A DNA stretch of 64,000 bases, from assembly GCA_963790205.1 (NCBI GenBank), contig CAWBNQ010000001.1:1024001-1088000 (forward strand), written 5' to 3'. How positions within the stretch are numbered: position 1 is the stretch's first letter; every line of letters starts with the position of its first letter. This document shows, one piece after another, positions 20,169 to 29,954 of this stretch. The notes beneath the pieces were generated by a model. It saw only the letters and a program-made list of their open reading frames with translations. It had not been told where the DNA came from and did no database searches. The translations under genes were made by a program, and so were the position numbers. This DNA comes from Nitrospirota bacterium. GTDB lineage: Bacteria; Nitrospirota; UBA9217.

Positions 20169-21011
20169 TTATTTTGGCACATTATACTCGACTAAAATTT
20201 TATGAATCGCAGAGACGATCAAGTCTAGTTGAATTGCTACGTGCCCAAGAAGAGAAGAATCATTTGAATCTTTAAATTTCGAATAAGTAAATTCCGCATT
20301 TATACTTGCTGCGGAAGCCTGCGCTTTTAGGTCGTGACATGCCAATCTAACATTTCGGTCATCGATTAATTTAGTTGCAAACATATATTTTTGAGCCGAT
20401 ATTATAAGTTGATTGAGCAATCTTATTGATCGCTCAAATTCGCTATGTCGATAAAGGATAGAGTGATCAGACCTGAATGGTAATCGATAAGCCTTGAAAT
20501 ATAAGCGAGACATTTCTGACCACGCTTCGAACAATTCCTTTTTTACGGATTTTTTTGAAATGGTTTCAAGAGTAAGCTTGGTATGGGTTTTCGTTAAAAC
20601 TGCAAAGTATCCACCCTTTAGGGGCAAGGGTAGCGATTCATAATCTACTTTAGAAAAGAGAGGATGGCTTTTGAGTTCAATTGAGAGCAAGTCTAAAAAT
20701 TTATTTTCAGAAAGAGGAATCAAGGAAAGACTATTTCGTGCAACGTCTGTATATATGATTTCTAAACCGGAAAGCGCTTCTTCATATCTCGGTAGTTCGT
20801 CCTTGGATAAAGTAATTTTAGTTGCGTCCCTTCTACTTTCCTTCTTTAACTTCTCATTTTGTAGTTGTAAATTTCTAATATGAAATAAGTTCTTTAAAAG
20901 AGCTATAAGACCTGAAACTGCAAGAGCAGAAGCGGTCAATAATGCCCAGTGTCCAACTATATATTTTTTAAAATCGAATAAAGTCATTTTGAAAAGAACA
21001 AATTGCATCAA
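20169..21011 (-). CDS. Hypothetical protein with N-terminal TM helix (AT-rich)
   Basis: 280-codon ORF in AT-rich DNA; TM segment; HDLK motif near the C-terminus. Confidence 0.6.
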   Translation of the reverse strand: MMQFVLFKMTLFDFKKYIVGHWALLTASALAVSGLIALLKNLFHIRNLQLQNEKLKKESRRDATKITLSKDELPRYEEALSGLEIIYTDVARNSLSLIPLSENKFLDLLSIELKSHPLFSKVDYESLPLPLKGGYFAVLTKTHTKLTLETISKKSVKKELFEAWSEMSRLYFKAYRLPFRSDHSILYRHSEFERSIRLLNQLIISAQKYMFATKLIDDRNVRLACHDLKAQASAASINAEFTYSKFKDSNDSSLLGHVAIQLDLIVSAIHKILVEYNVPK

Positions 21012-21167
21012 TTACGAGGCGTAATCTGTAGCAGCAACTTATAGCCACCCCGCAAACTTCAGGAGGAAGAATAAAAACGAATGATGCTTGAACTCTTCAT
21101 CCTTTATTTCTGTGCTTACTTAGTCGGTATGTTTAAAAAAGTGATTTTCACGAAACATGCGTATTTT

Positions 21168-21200
21168 ATTTAACCATGTTTATCTGTGTATGTCAATGTT
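21168..21200 (-). promoter_or_regulatory. Sigma70-type promoter, copy 2
   Basis: 30/33 identical to 19342-19374; TTGACA-17 nt-TTAAAT. Confidence 0.6.
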
Positions 21201-21408
21201 AAATAGTGGAATATAGGGTTGAGCAGAACAATTGCACGATTTTCTACTAAGAGGGACGGAGGCATTGCCCTTGGGTTTATCTATATTAACTATATCTGCA
21301 ACGAATTTGTATTTCCGTTTATGCGGAAGTTGAATATAACAGTATTTGTTAAAACAAGAAGTTATTTGAAACTTGATGGGGTAGGTAGGAGGGGCCAGAT
21401 GTTTGCTT

Positions 21409-21951
21409 CTATCTCTTCGGATAAGTGATGGTCAGGCCGCGTACCTCGGCAAAGGCAGTGAGCTTGTGTTCTTTCACCGACGTCTTGCTCATGATGTCCA
21501 TCACAACGATCTTGCGCGCGAGCAGGGCATCGCCGATGAGGGAGCGGTGGCAGCGCCAGGGAACTGCCTCGGCGCACATGATCGCCGTGGGTTTCATTTT
21601 CGCCTTTTCGATTAGTGCGCTCAAACTATTTTCAAACTCCTCTGTCTGCATGTAGTCCGCAAAACCACGGAACGAAGCATTTTCCCAGGCTGTATTAACT
21701 GAATCTTTCTTCGCATGGCGAAGCCCTCCGAGGCCGGGCATATGCTCATAGCTGATAGCGCGTTCGTGCAGCGCCGCAGCCAGGGTGTCGCTGTTATATC
21801 GGGGGTTACGACGGGATTTCGGAATGGTCCTTACATCAGCGACGAATTCAATACCATGGGCTTTCAAGATATCCACAAACTTTTCGATCGGATGCGTGGA
21901 ATGTCCGATCGTAAAGATCGTTACGTTGGATTTCGTGCGCTCTTCTGCCAT
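21409..21951 (-). CDS. DUF488 family protein (paralog 1)
   Basis: TIGHST, DVRTIP, LGGLR, MCAEAVPWRCHR. Confidence 0.88.
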   Translation of the reverse strand: MAEERTKSNVTIFTIGHSTHPIEKFVDILKAHGIEFVADVRTIPKSRRNPRYNSDTLAAALHERAISYEHMPGLGGLRHAKKDSVNTAWENASFRGFADYMQTEEFENSLSALIEKAKMKPTAIMCAEAVPWRCHRSLIGDALLARKIVVMDIMSKTSVKEHKLTAFAEVRGLTITYPKR

Positions 21952-22015
21952 GGGGAGGTCTGGCCCCGAAGACACAGCGGAAACAAAAGTTCTTTCTGCC
22001 GCATTGAAGCTGCCG

Positions 22016-22366
22016 TCATTTGGCCGTGAATGTCTTTAAAAGCTCGATCACCGCTTTTTTGGCTTTCTTCGATTTTATACGCCGGTACAACTGCAAGAGC
22101 ACGGCCTCGTCTCCCGGCGTTTTTTCGTATGCTGCCGGGGCCTCCGCCACGGTTTCCACCGCCGGGAAAAACAGCGTGATCGGCACATTGACGGCCTTTG
22201 CGATCTGCTTCAGCCGCTCCACGCTGATATTGCCGCTGCCCTTCTCATACTTCTGCACCTGCTGATACGAGACGCCTATCAGCTCCGATAATTCCATCTG
22301 GGTCAGGCTGCGCGTTTTTCTGGCTTCTTTGATGAGCTGCCCGATGCGCTTGCTTTCGCTTTTCAT
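22016..22366 (-). CDS. XRE-family HTH transcriptional regulator
   Basis: LTQMELSELIGVSYQQVQKYEKG. Confidence 0.92.
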   Translation of the reverse strand: MKSESKRIGQLIKEARKTRSLTQMELSELIGVSYQQVQKYEKGSGNISVERLKQIAKAVNVPITLFFPAVETVAEAPAAYEKTPGDEAVLLQLYRRIKSKKAKKAVIELLKTFTAK

Positions 22367-22581
22367 GAGTGTACTTTAGAAAAGATCGCCGAAAAAGTCT
22401 ATCAACTGTAGGTTGTATTTTAATCTTGACCATAACAACCAAAAGTAGCATAATACGCTGTCCTTATCAGCATCACGGAAGGGGCCGGTCTCTCGCAGGA
22501 GAGTACAAGCCGTCAGCATAAGGGGGTCGCTTCACCACGGCGTTCCCTCAAGTCCGGTTCTTACTCCGAAGGAGGGAAGAG

Positions 22582-22950
22582 ATGGAAGGCAAAAGGACCG
22601 TTCTGTTTATTGAAGACGCTACGCCTCTCAGAAAGACCCTGTGCGACCTGCTGCAGGCCGACGGGTTTCATATGCGCGGCTGCAATGACGGGACATCTGC
22701 CCTGGAAGCCTCGGCGGAAAAGGATTTTCACATCATCATCATCGATTACAGTCTGCCGGACATGAACGGCGCGGACGTGACAAAGCGCCTTCGCAAGCGG
22801 TTCCCCTCGGCGATCATCATTGGGATCAGCTTGAGCGACAGAAGAGCGGCTTTTCTCGCGGCGGGCGCGAACACTTTTTTGGAGAAACCGTTTGAGTACG
22901 ACGAGCTCGTAAAACTGTTGAACGAGGGCCCTTCAAACCTTCAGCCGTAA
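22582..22950 (+). CDS. Single-domain response regulator
   Basis: LFIED, IDYSLPDMNG, FLEKP; GGAGG RBS. Confidence 0.88.
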   Translation: MEGKRTVLFIEDATPLRKTLCDLLQADGFHMRGCNDGTSALEASAEKDFHIIIIDYSLPDMNGADVTKRLRKRFPSAIIIGISLSDRRAAFLAAGANTFLEKPFEYDELVKLLNEGPSNLQP

Positions 22951-22986
22951 CATTAGAGCGCAATCATCAGGTTGGCCGATCGGAAG

Positions 22987-23586
22987 TTACAGAGACGGTG
23001 CTTTCCTTCGCTTGGGAAGAGGTTCGTGGGCGGATTCAGCTGATTCCGTCTTGGGATAGGTTATCGTTGTTCCCATGACATGGGCCCAGGGCGTCATCGT
23101 ATGGGCCTTCGCCGACGTCTTACTCATGATATCCATGACGATTAACCCGCGTGCGAGCAGGGCATCGCCGATGAGCGAGCGGTGGCAGCGCCATGGCACC
23201 GCTTCAGCGCACATGATCACGGTCTTCTGCTTCCCCGCAATATCGATCAGCTGCATCAGGCCTGCCTCGAATTCTTCTGTTTGCATATAATCGGCGAATC
23301 CCCGGAACGAAGCATTTTCCCAGGCGGTATTGACCGAATCCTTCTTCGCATGGCGGAGCCCTCCGAGGCCGGGCATGTGCTCATAGCCGATAGCGCGATC
23401 GTGTAACGACGCAGCCAGGGTGTCGCTGTTAAATTGAGGGTTATGACGGGATTTCGGAATGGTCCTTACATCAACGACGAATTCAATGCCATGGGTGTTC
23501 AAGATCTCCACGAATTCTTCGATCGGATGCGTGGAATGTCCGATCGTGAAGATCGTCGCACTGGTTTTTGCGTGGTCTTTTGCCAT
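22987..23586 (-). CDS. DUF488 family protein (paralog 2)
   Basis: Same motifs as 21409-21951, with long identical DNA stretches. Confidence 0.88.
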   Translation of the reverse strand: MAKDHAKTSATIFTIGHSTHPIEEFVEILNTHGIEFVVDVRTIPKSRHNPQFNSDTLAASLHDRAIGYEHMPGLGGLRHAKKDSVNTAWENASFRGFADYMQTEEFEAGLMQLIDIAGKQKTVIMCAEAVPWRCHRSLIGDALLARGLIVMDIMSKTSAKAHTMTPWAHVMGTTITYPKTESAESAHEPLPKRRKAPSL

Positions 23587-23703
23587 GGGAAGGACCCGTA
23601 TGCCTGAAGGTCTTGAGCATGCGTGTATATAAAAAGAATGCCTGTGAAGCTTTGTTTCTTCACAGGCACGATATAACGTTCTTCAGGCTCCTACAGCATT
23701 ACC

Positions 23704-24312
23704 TTAGACCGCCTTCTTCATCACTCCTGGGAACTGTTCAAGCCGGTTCTCCACCATGGCCCAGTTGACGTTTTTCATGAACGCTTCGATATACTCTGCC
23801 CGTTTAAGCCCATAGTCCGTCAAATAGGCGTGCTCGAAGACATCCATAACAAGGAGCGGATTGCAGCCCGCGGGGTGCGACACGTCGTGCTCGTTGATCC
23901 AGAAATTGATAAGCCTGCTGTCCGCGGTGTCCTGGTACAAGACGCACCAGCCGATGCCGCGCATGGAGCCCGTGGCCTTGAAGTCCTTTTCCCAGTTTTC
24001 GATGCTTCCAAAATTATCAATCAGCTTCTGAACGAGCTTGCCGTTCTTATTCAGCGGCGACTTGCCTCCGAGGTTGTCGAAATAGAGTTCATGGAGCCTC
24101 ATGCCGTTGAACTCCCAGCCGAGCCTCCGTTTGAGTTCGGCGTACTCCGGATTTCCCATCTTCCCGTCCTTGAGCATCTGGCTGAGAATGTCCAGCACTT
24201 TGTTCGTGTTCGTCACGTAACCCTGGTAGAGCGTGAAATGGTTTTTCAAGAGCGTTTCGCTGAAGCCCTGTATTCCTATCAGTTTCGAATAGTCTCTGGC
24301 GACGTACGGCAT
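23704..24312 (-). CDS. Fe/Mn superoxide dismutase
   Basis: NHFTLYQGY, LHELYF, DVFEHAY metal ligands; AAGGAGG RBS. Confidence 0.9.
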   Translation of the reverse strand: MPYVARDYSKLIGIQGFSETLLKNHFTLYQGYVTNTNKVLDILSQMLKDGKMGNPEYAELKRRLGWEFNGMRLHELYFDNLGGKSPLNKNGKLVQKLIDNFGSIENWEKDFKATGSMRGIGWCVLYQDTADSRLINFWINEHDVSHPAGCNPLLVMDVFEHAYLTDYGLKRAEYIEAFMKNVNWAMVENRLEQFPGVMKKAV

Positions 24313-24440
24313 GGCTGATACCTCCTTTATTGTTATCGGCATTCATGGTGTGTAATTTTGTAAATAAAAAAGTTTTTCCCTTCTGCTCTCTCGGGAGCAG
24401 CAGTCAACCTGTTTTGTCCGTCATCACCTCCTCATGATGG

Positions 24441-24782
24441 CTAATGACTGAGCACCTCCTTCAGGACGACAGCGTTGGCATGTTCGCTATCCTTTGCCGC
24501 GAACACAAGGGTTACGGTTCCTTTTTTTGCATCCTGCCGGAGTTGTTCGACGAGCTCCTGCTTGGTCCTCAATTCGCGAATGTAACGGTTCCTGAATTCC
24601 CTCCATTTCGACGGCTCATGGCCGAACCAGGTGCGCAACTCGTTGCTCGGCGCGATATCCTTTACCCACGAGTCGACGCAGGCTTGCTCTTTTTTTATCC
24701 CCCGCGGCCACAAACGGTCGATCAATATCCGCTTCCCATCGTCCGGGGCAGGAGGGTCATAGACTCGCTTTATCTTTATCAT
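24441..24782 (-). CDS. YeaO-type DUF488 protein
   Basis: IKRVYD...DG.RILIDRLWPRG, APSNELRTWFGH, HANAVVL. Confidence 0.9.
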   Translation of the reverse strand: MIKIKRVYDPPAPDDGKRILIDRLWPRGIKKEQACVDSWVKDIAPSNELRTWFGHEPSKWREFRNRYIRELRTKQELVEQLRQDAKKGTVTLVFAAKDSEHANAVVLKEVLSH

Positions 24783-25106
24783 GAGGAACTGCTCCCTTCT
24801 TGAATGGTGAAATGCTGCATCAATTACTGCGTGCGAGTGGACGACATTCGGATGACTTGCGGATAAGCAAGCTGGATGCGATCCGCACCTATCCTCCCAT
24901 CATACGAAAAAGGTCGCAACGCGCCCCTTCCGCCCTCTTATCACTCTGCAAGTCTTCATGATATTTATGCTGAGGAAGGAACTATTTAAACATAGCACCG
25001 CTTCAACAGTTGTCAATATCCTGAAAGTATTATGCAGCGGTGCTAATTCTCGTGCGATCAGGCGGGTTACGCGATAGTTTATACCGCGACCTCTCTGCAG
25101 CGCCGG

Positions 25107-25679
25107 CTATACCTCGGGCCTCTGTCGTGTGACGATGGAGAGGAATTCGTTGCGGGTCGAGGGATTGTCGCGGAACACGCCAAGCACCGACGACGTCACG
25201 AACAGGGAATTCTGTTTCTCGACGCCCCGCATCATCATGCAGAGATGCCGCGCCTCGATCATGACACCCACGCCGTCCGCGTTGATCGAATCCTTGATGG
25301 CATAAGCGATCTGCTCCGTCAGGCGTTCCTGGATCTGGAGCCGTCTCGCATACATATCGACAAGGCGGGCCAGCTTGCTGATGCCGAAGACCCTTCCCCG
25401 GGGGATATACCCGATATGGCAGCGGCCGTAGAAGGGAAGCAGGTGATGTTCGCAGAGGCTGTAGACCTCGATGTCCTTTACTACTACCATGCTGGTCGTT
25501 TCCTGCGCGAAGCAGGCATTATTGATCAACTTCTCAACGTCGGCCCGGTAGCCGGACGTCAAATAGCCCAGGGATTCGGCGACTCTTTTTGGCGTTTTGT
25601 CCAACCCCTCCCGGTCGGGGTCCTCGCCAATCTCGATCAAAAGCTCCCGGACCAGTTTTTCGACTTTTTCAGCATTCAT
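25107..25679 (-). CDS. folE: GTP cyclohydrolase I
   Basis: [36 protein letters not shown]. Confidence 0.97.
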   Translation of the reverse strand: MNAEKVEKLVRELLIEIGEDPDREGLDKTPKRVAESLGYLTSGYRADVEKLINNACFAQETTSMVVVKDIEVYSLCEHHLLPFYGRCHIGYIPRGRVFGISKLARLVDMYARRLQIQERLTEQIAYAIKDSINADGVGVMIEARHLCMMMRGVEKQNSLFVTSSVLGVFRDNPSTRNEFLSIVTRQRPEV

Positions 25680-26188
25680 GACGTGATCTCCCGTATCAAT
25701 CGACTGGTATAAGCTACAAGCGGCTTCATACCGCCTCGCATTCGCGCCGCGATTTTCGCTATCGGCTCCTTCGAATCAGGCATGATCAGATTCGGCGCCA
25801 GCTCGTAGAGAGGTCCGGCGAGAAAAGGCCGGTTTCGTATCTCCGGGTCGGGAAGGGTGAGTTCTTCGCTCTTTATGACAAGGTTCTCGTAGAAAACCAG
25901 GTCGAGATCGATGGTGCGCGGCGAAAACCGGTCCTTGCCCCGGTCCCTCCCCATCCCGTCCTCAATAGGGCGAAGTATTGTGTGTTTTAATTCCAACGGG
26001 GGGAGGGGCGTATCGATTGCGATGACGCAATTGTAGTAGGCCGGCTGATCAGGCCGTTCTACGGGCTCCGTTAAGTATACCGTGGAAATTCCGACGATGC
26101 GGACCTGCCTCTTGAGAAGCCCGACTGCCTTACTTACATTCTCCTCGGGGTCTATGTTCGACCCCACGCTTACGAACGCTTGCGCCAT
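25676..26188 (-). CDS. folK: 6-hydroxymethyl-7,8-dihydropterin pyrophosphokinase
   Basis: [22 protein letters not shown]. Confidence 0.93.
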   Translation of the reverse strand: MAQAFVSVGSNIDPEENVSKAVGLLKRQVRIVGISTVYLTEPVERPDQPAYYNCVIAIDTPLPPLELKHTILRPIEDGMGRDRGKDRFSPRTIDLDLVFYENLVIKSEELTLPDPEIRNRPFLAGPLYELAPNLIMPDSKEPIAKIAARMRGGMKPLVAYTSRLIREITS

Positions 26189-26190
26189 CA

Positions 26191-26547
26191 TCAAACCTTT
26201 CGGCCGCGTGTAATCTCAACGCCCACGCTGCGCGCGAAGCGAAGCGCCAGGGGTTTCTCCACCCGTACCCGCACCTGCGCCACGGCCGGGTGTTCAAGGC
26301 ACAGAGAGGCCACGGCCTCGGCCAGGGCTTCCACAAGGGAGAACCGCGAGTTTTCAGCAAGCGCCATTACCCGTTTTTTAAGATCACGGTAATCGACAGC
26401 GTCCTCGAAGCGGTCGCTTTTGCCGGCCTTTCCGAGGTCCGTCGAGATCGACAGGTTGATCACTACGTCCTGCTTTTCGCGCCTCTCGTCCTCGTTCACG
26501 CCGATGATGCAGCGCACGAGCAAATCACTGATCAGGATCCGGTCCAT
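26191..26547 (-). CDS. folB: Dihydroneopterin aldolase/epimerase (FolB/FolX family)
   Basis: IIGVN.DER..KQ.V.IN, VDY, LVEALAE, VEKP. Confidence 0.85.
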   Translation of the reverse strand: MDRILISDLLVRCIIGVNEDERREKQDVVINLSISTDLGKAGKSDRFEDAVDYRDLKKRVMALAENSRFSLVEALAEAVASLCLEHPAVAQVRVRVEKPLALRFARSVGVEITRGRKV

Positions 26548-27316
26548 TACCGCCCTCCAGAAGGTGCCGGCCGCCGTCAACGTAGATGACCTGGCCGGTC
26601 ACGAAATCGCTCTTGAGAAGATAGAGGACCGCGTCCGCTATGTCCCCGGGCCCCCCGTGGCGCTTGAGCGGGATCGATTGCGCCAATTGGTTCAGATACG
26701 CCTCGTCCTTTCCCGACGGCGGAAGGATAAGTCCCGGCGCGACTGCGTTCACCGTGATGTCCGGCGCGAACTCGAGCGCGCACATGGCGGTAAGAACCGA
26801 GAGCATCTGTTTGCTCAGGATGTAAGCCACGTGCTGCCGGTCATAGCCGGTGATCTTCGTATCGAGGAGATTGATGATCTTTCCCCGGCCCGCGAGCCGG
26901 GAAAACGCGCGGCTGATCACAAAAGGCGCCCAGGCGTTCACCTGAACATGCTGCGTCAAGCCCGAGAAATCGACGTCTTTGAGCGTGTTCGGGCGAAAAA
27001 CGGAAGCGTTGTTGATCACGATGTCGAGGGCTCCCGCCGTGGTCAGCGCCCTGCTTACCAGCGTCTCGTATTCCTCCGGCTTTTCCAGATCGGCAATGAC
27101 TTTCCACGCTTTCGCGCCGCAGCCGGCAACCTCCTCGCAGACCTTGGTCGTCTCCGTTTCCAGGGCGCGGCGATCATGGGCTACAATATGAACACCCTCT
27201 TCTGCGAGCGCGATGGCGATGGCGCGGCCTATGCGCCTGCCGGCGCCTGTGACCAAGGCGATCTTGCCCTCTAAATCAGGCTGGATTGCATTCCGGGTCT
27301 CGGTATGGTGTGTCAT
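26525..27316 (-). CDS. SDR oxidoreductase, pteridine reductase/FolM-like
   Basis: TGAGRRIG, NNASVF, YILSK, VNAVAPG, VDGGRHL. Confidence 0.85.
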   Translation of the reverse strand: MTHHTETRNAIQPDLEGKIALVTGAGRRIGRAIAIALAEEGVHIVAHDRRALETETTKVCEEVAGCGAKAWKVIADLEKPEEYETLVSRALTTAGALDIVINNASVFRPNTLKDVDFSGLTQHVQVNAWAPFVISRAFSRLAGRGKIINLLDTKITGYDRQHVAYILSKQMLSVLTAMCALEFAPDITVNAVAPGLILPPSGKDEAYLNQLAQSIPLKRHGGPGDIADAVLYLLKSDFVTGQVIYVDGGRHLLEGGNGPDPDQ

Positions 27317-27338
27317 AGGGACATGTCCGTGGTGTTCG

Positions 27339-27662
27339 TTATGCCGCCAGGAGGTCTATTTTCGCGGCCAGGATAAAGTCGTTCAGGGACAGCCCGCCGA
27401 TCTTGTGCGTTGAAAGAGTGAGTTGCACGGTGTTATAGAAGATGCCAATATCGGGGTGGTGGTCCTGCTCGTTCGCGGCCGCGGCGATCTTATTGACGAA
27501 AATCATGGCCTCGCGAAAGTCCTTGAACCGGAGCTCTCGCCGTATCTCTTTTTCACCGAGCGACCATGCGGGAATTTGCGACATCAAAGCCTCCGCCTCC
27601 ATATGCGAAAGAGGCGGGGTGCCCTGTTTGATGGGGTTACAGGTCATTTCCGCGAGTTTCAT
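27339..27662 (-). CDS. phhB: Pterin-4a-carbinolamine dehydratase
   Basis: FKDF, DHHPD, STHKIGGLS.NDFILAAKID. Confidence 0.93.
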   Translation of the reverse strand: MKLAEMTCNPIKQGTPPLSHMEAEALMSQIPAWSLGEKEIRRELRFKDFREAMIFVNKIAAAANEQDHHPDIGIFYNTVQLTLSTHKIGGLSLNDFILAAKIDLLAA

Positions 27663-27738
27663 GATGTGAACCTCCGTGGTGTTTTTTCCTAACCTAGCCC
27701 GGACAAGCCGGAACCAAAAGGGCAAAGGAAAAGGCGTC

Positions 27739-27840
27739 TCTCGCAAAGGACGCAAAGAGAAGCAATGCGATACAAGAAAGCAAAGCCTTTGGTTTTTCTT
27801 AAGACTAAGATTTAAGCTTTCTTTTGCGCCCTTTGCGAGA
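27739..27840. repeat. Empty inverted-repeat element of the TCTCGCAAAG-NN-CGCAAAG type
   Basis: TCTCGCAAAGGACGCAAAG / TTTTGCGCCCTTTGCGAGA, 17/19 complementary. Confidence 0.75.
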
Positions 27841-27881
27841 AAAATTCTTTCCGACTTGAGAAGAATTCGATTCCGTAGTCG

Positions 27882-29085
27882 CTAATGAATCAATCCGCGC
27901 AATCTTTCTTTCGTCACCTGCTCGCCTCTGCGGATCAGCTCGCGCGCGGCCTCCACTTTTTCCCACACGTTGCACATCATCGCGCCCCTGACCTTGCCGT
28001 CCCTGAGGTAGTATATCACGCCCATGTCGTTCTCTTTCTGCCAGTCCGCGAACGTTTCGAGCCGCGAATCGATCTCTCCCACGGCCTCGTACCCGAACTC
28101 GAAGAGGTCCGAAAAGAAGTACGGCATGTGCGTGTAGGGTTCATGCGCCCCGGCCATGTTCCTCCCCGCCTGTTTGCCCTGGCTCAGCGCGTTGTCCCAG
28201 TGCTCTACCCTTGTCTGCTTCCCGAGCGCCTGATAGGGGAAGAAGGCGTTGTCACCCGCCGCAAATATGCCGGGAAGCGACGCCTGGAGATATTCATCGA
28301 CGATTATTCCGTTGGCCGTCTGGAGGCCCGCTTTCCGCGCCAGTTCGAGGGACAGGGCGATGCCGATGCCCACGATCACCATGTCCGATTCGATCTCCTT
28401 GCCGCTTTCCGTGCGCGTGACGAACCTTCCGTTCCTTTTCGCAAAAGAGGCAGGTTTTTCACCGTTCAGAATAGTAATGCCGCGCTCCCGGTAATGCCGC
28501 TGCAAGGACATTCCCAGGCTCTCCGGGAAGATCCGGCCCACGAGGTAAAGATCGGGGAACATCATCATTACCTTGACGTTGTTGATGGCGAGCGCGGCGG
28601 CGATCTCAGAACCGATGAACCCGCCGCCTACCACCACGGCTGACTTGCCCGCGGACGCCTCCTGTCTCATCCGCAGGTAATCGTCGAGGTACCGGTAGTA
28701 GTAAATGCCCTCGAGATCCCCTCCGGGGATCGGACAGGACCCTGGGCGCGCCGCCGGTGGCCAGCAGGAGCTTCTCGTAGCGATAGGTCCTGCCGTTGTC
28801 GGCGGTCACGGTCCTGTTTTTTGCATCCACCGTTTTGGCGGTAACGCCGGAGGCAAATATGACGTTGTTCTGCCTGTAAAAATCCTGGTCATGAAGAAAG
28901 ATTTCCTCGACCTTCTTTTTGCCGAACCAGAGCTTTTTCGTAAGGGGCGGCCGGTCGTAGGGCAAGTGCTTTTCAGCGCCGAGCAGGAGAATCGGGCCTT
29001 TTTTGTCGAGCTCCCTGATACCTTCGATTGCGGACGACCCCGCCAGTCCGGCGCCGACGATGATGTAAGTGTACTGTTCTGCCAT
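27882..29085 (-). CDS. FAD/NAD(P)-dependent ferredoxin-reductase-like oxidoreductase; one frameshift near 28730
   Basis: GAGLAG, PYDRPPL, ATGG; then GGGFIG.E, AAGD, RVEHW, PYFFSD. Confidence 0.88.
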
Positions 29086-29220
29086 GGCAGTCCTCCTTCC
29101 GGGATCACGACGCGCGAAACCTTTGGCGCGCATGATGTTTGGTCGAGTCCGACTGTTTGTCGACAACTACCTCAAATATATCACAAGTTATCCGGGGGGT
29201 GTGGCGGAGAATCCTCAGCT

Positions 29221-29952
29221 TTAAGGAAGGTCGTAGATTCGTCGCATCTCTTCGGTATATATGCCATCATTCTTATGAATGACGAGAGGGGGCAGGACTT
29301 CAAGGCCGATGCCTGACGCCTTGACCGCTTCCATCAATACGAGCGAAGCAGGCTTGTCAGCGTGAGGATGAACGAGACGGAGGCATTTAGGCTCGAGTTT
29401 GCGAGAGCGGAGTGACGAGATCAGCTCCGCCAGCCGGTCGGAAGGAAAGACCATTACATAACGACCCTTATTCTTGAGAAAGACCTGAAGGTCGAGCCAG
29501 ACCTTGAGGTCTCCGAGCAGGTCATGACGCGCGGACAAACGCCCGGCATGAGGACTCTCTTTGCCCGTACCGGACCGTGTATAGGGCGGGTTGGCAACAA
29601 TGACATCGAAGGTCGAAGGCTTCAGGACCCTTGCCAATGTCCTGATATCATTCTCGAAAAAAAGAACACGACTGTCAAGACCGTTGTCCAGGATGTTCTG
29701 ACGACAGAGTGCCGCAGCCGCCGGCTGAGTCTCCACGGCAACAACGGCGGCTTCGGGGAACTTTTTTGCGAGGAGAAGGGAGATGATGCCGGTTCCGGCC
29801 CCCGGTTCGAGAATCGTATCCTGCGATTTAACACGGCAAAAGTCCGCGAGGAGGAGGCTGTCAACGGTGAAACGGGCGCCTTCTTTCTGCTGGCTGATGG
29901 TCACGATGCCGGCGCCGCGGAGCGAGATGCTGTCGTGGGTAGTTACTGTCAT
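29221..29952 (-). CDS. SAM-dependent methyltransferase, tRNA1(Val) m6A37 type
   Basis: DSLLLADF, EPGAGTG, NPPY, ARH. Confidence 0.85.
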   Translation of the reverse strand: MTVTTHDSISLRGAGIVTISQQKEGARFTVDSLLLADFCRVKSQDTILEPGAGTGIISLLLAKKFPEAAVVAVETQPAAAALCRQNILDNGLDSRVLFFENDIRTLARVLKPSTFDVIVANPPYTRSGTGKESPHAGRLSARHDLLGDLKVWLDLQVFLKNKGRYVMVFPSDRLAELISSLRSRKLEPKCLRLVHPHADKPASLVLMEAVKASGIGLEVLPPLVIHKNDGIYTEEMRRIYDLP

Positions 29953-29954
29953 AC

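Noticed and set aside
22460..22580. CTTATC...GAAGGG leader resembling a SAM-I riboswitch
   Set aside because: The remaining conserved core and closing helix could not be found
27720..27760. GGGCAAA...GGACGCAAAG resembles a c-di-GMP-I riboswitch
   Set aside because: No GNRA-capped P2 stem between the motifs, wrong strand for the neighbouring genes, and better explained as the inverted-repeat arm
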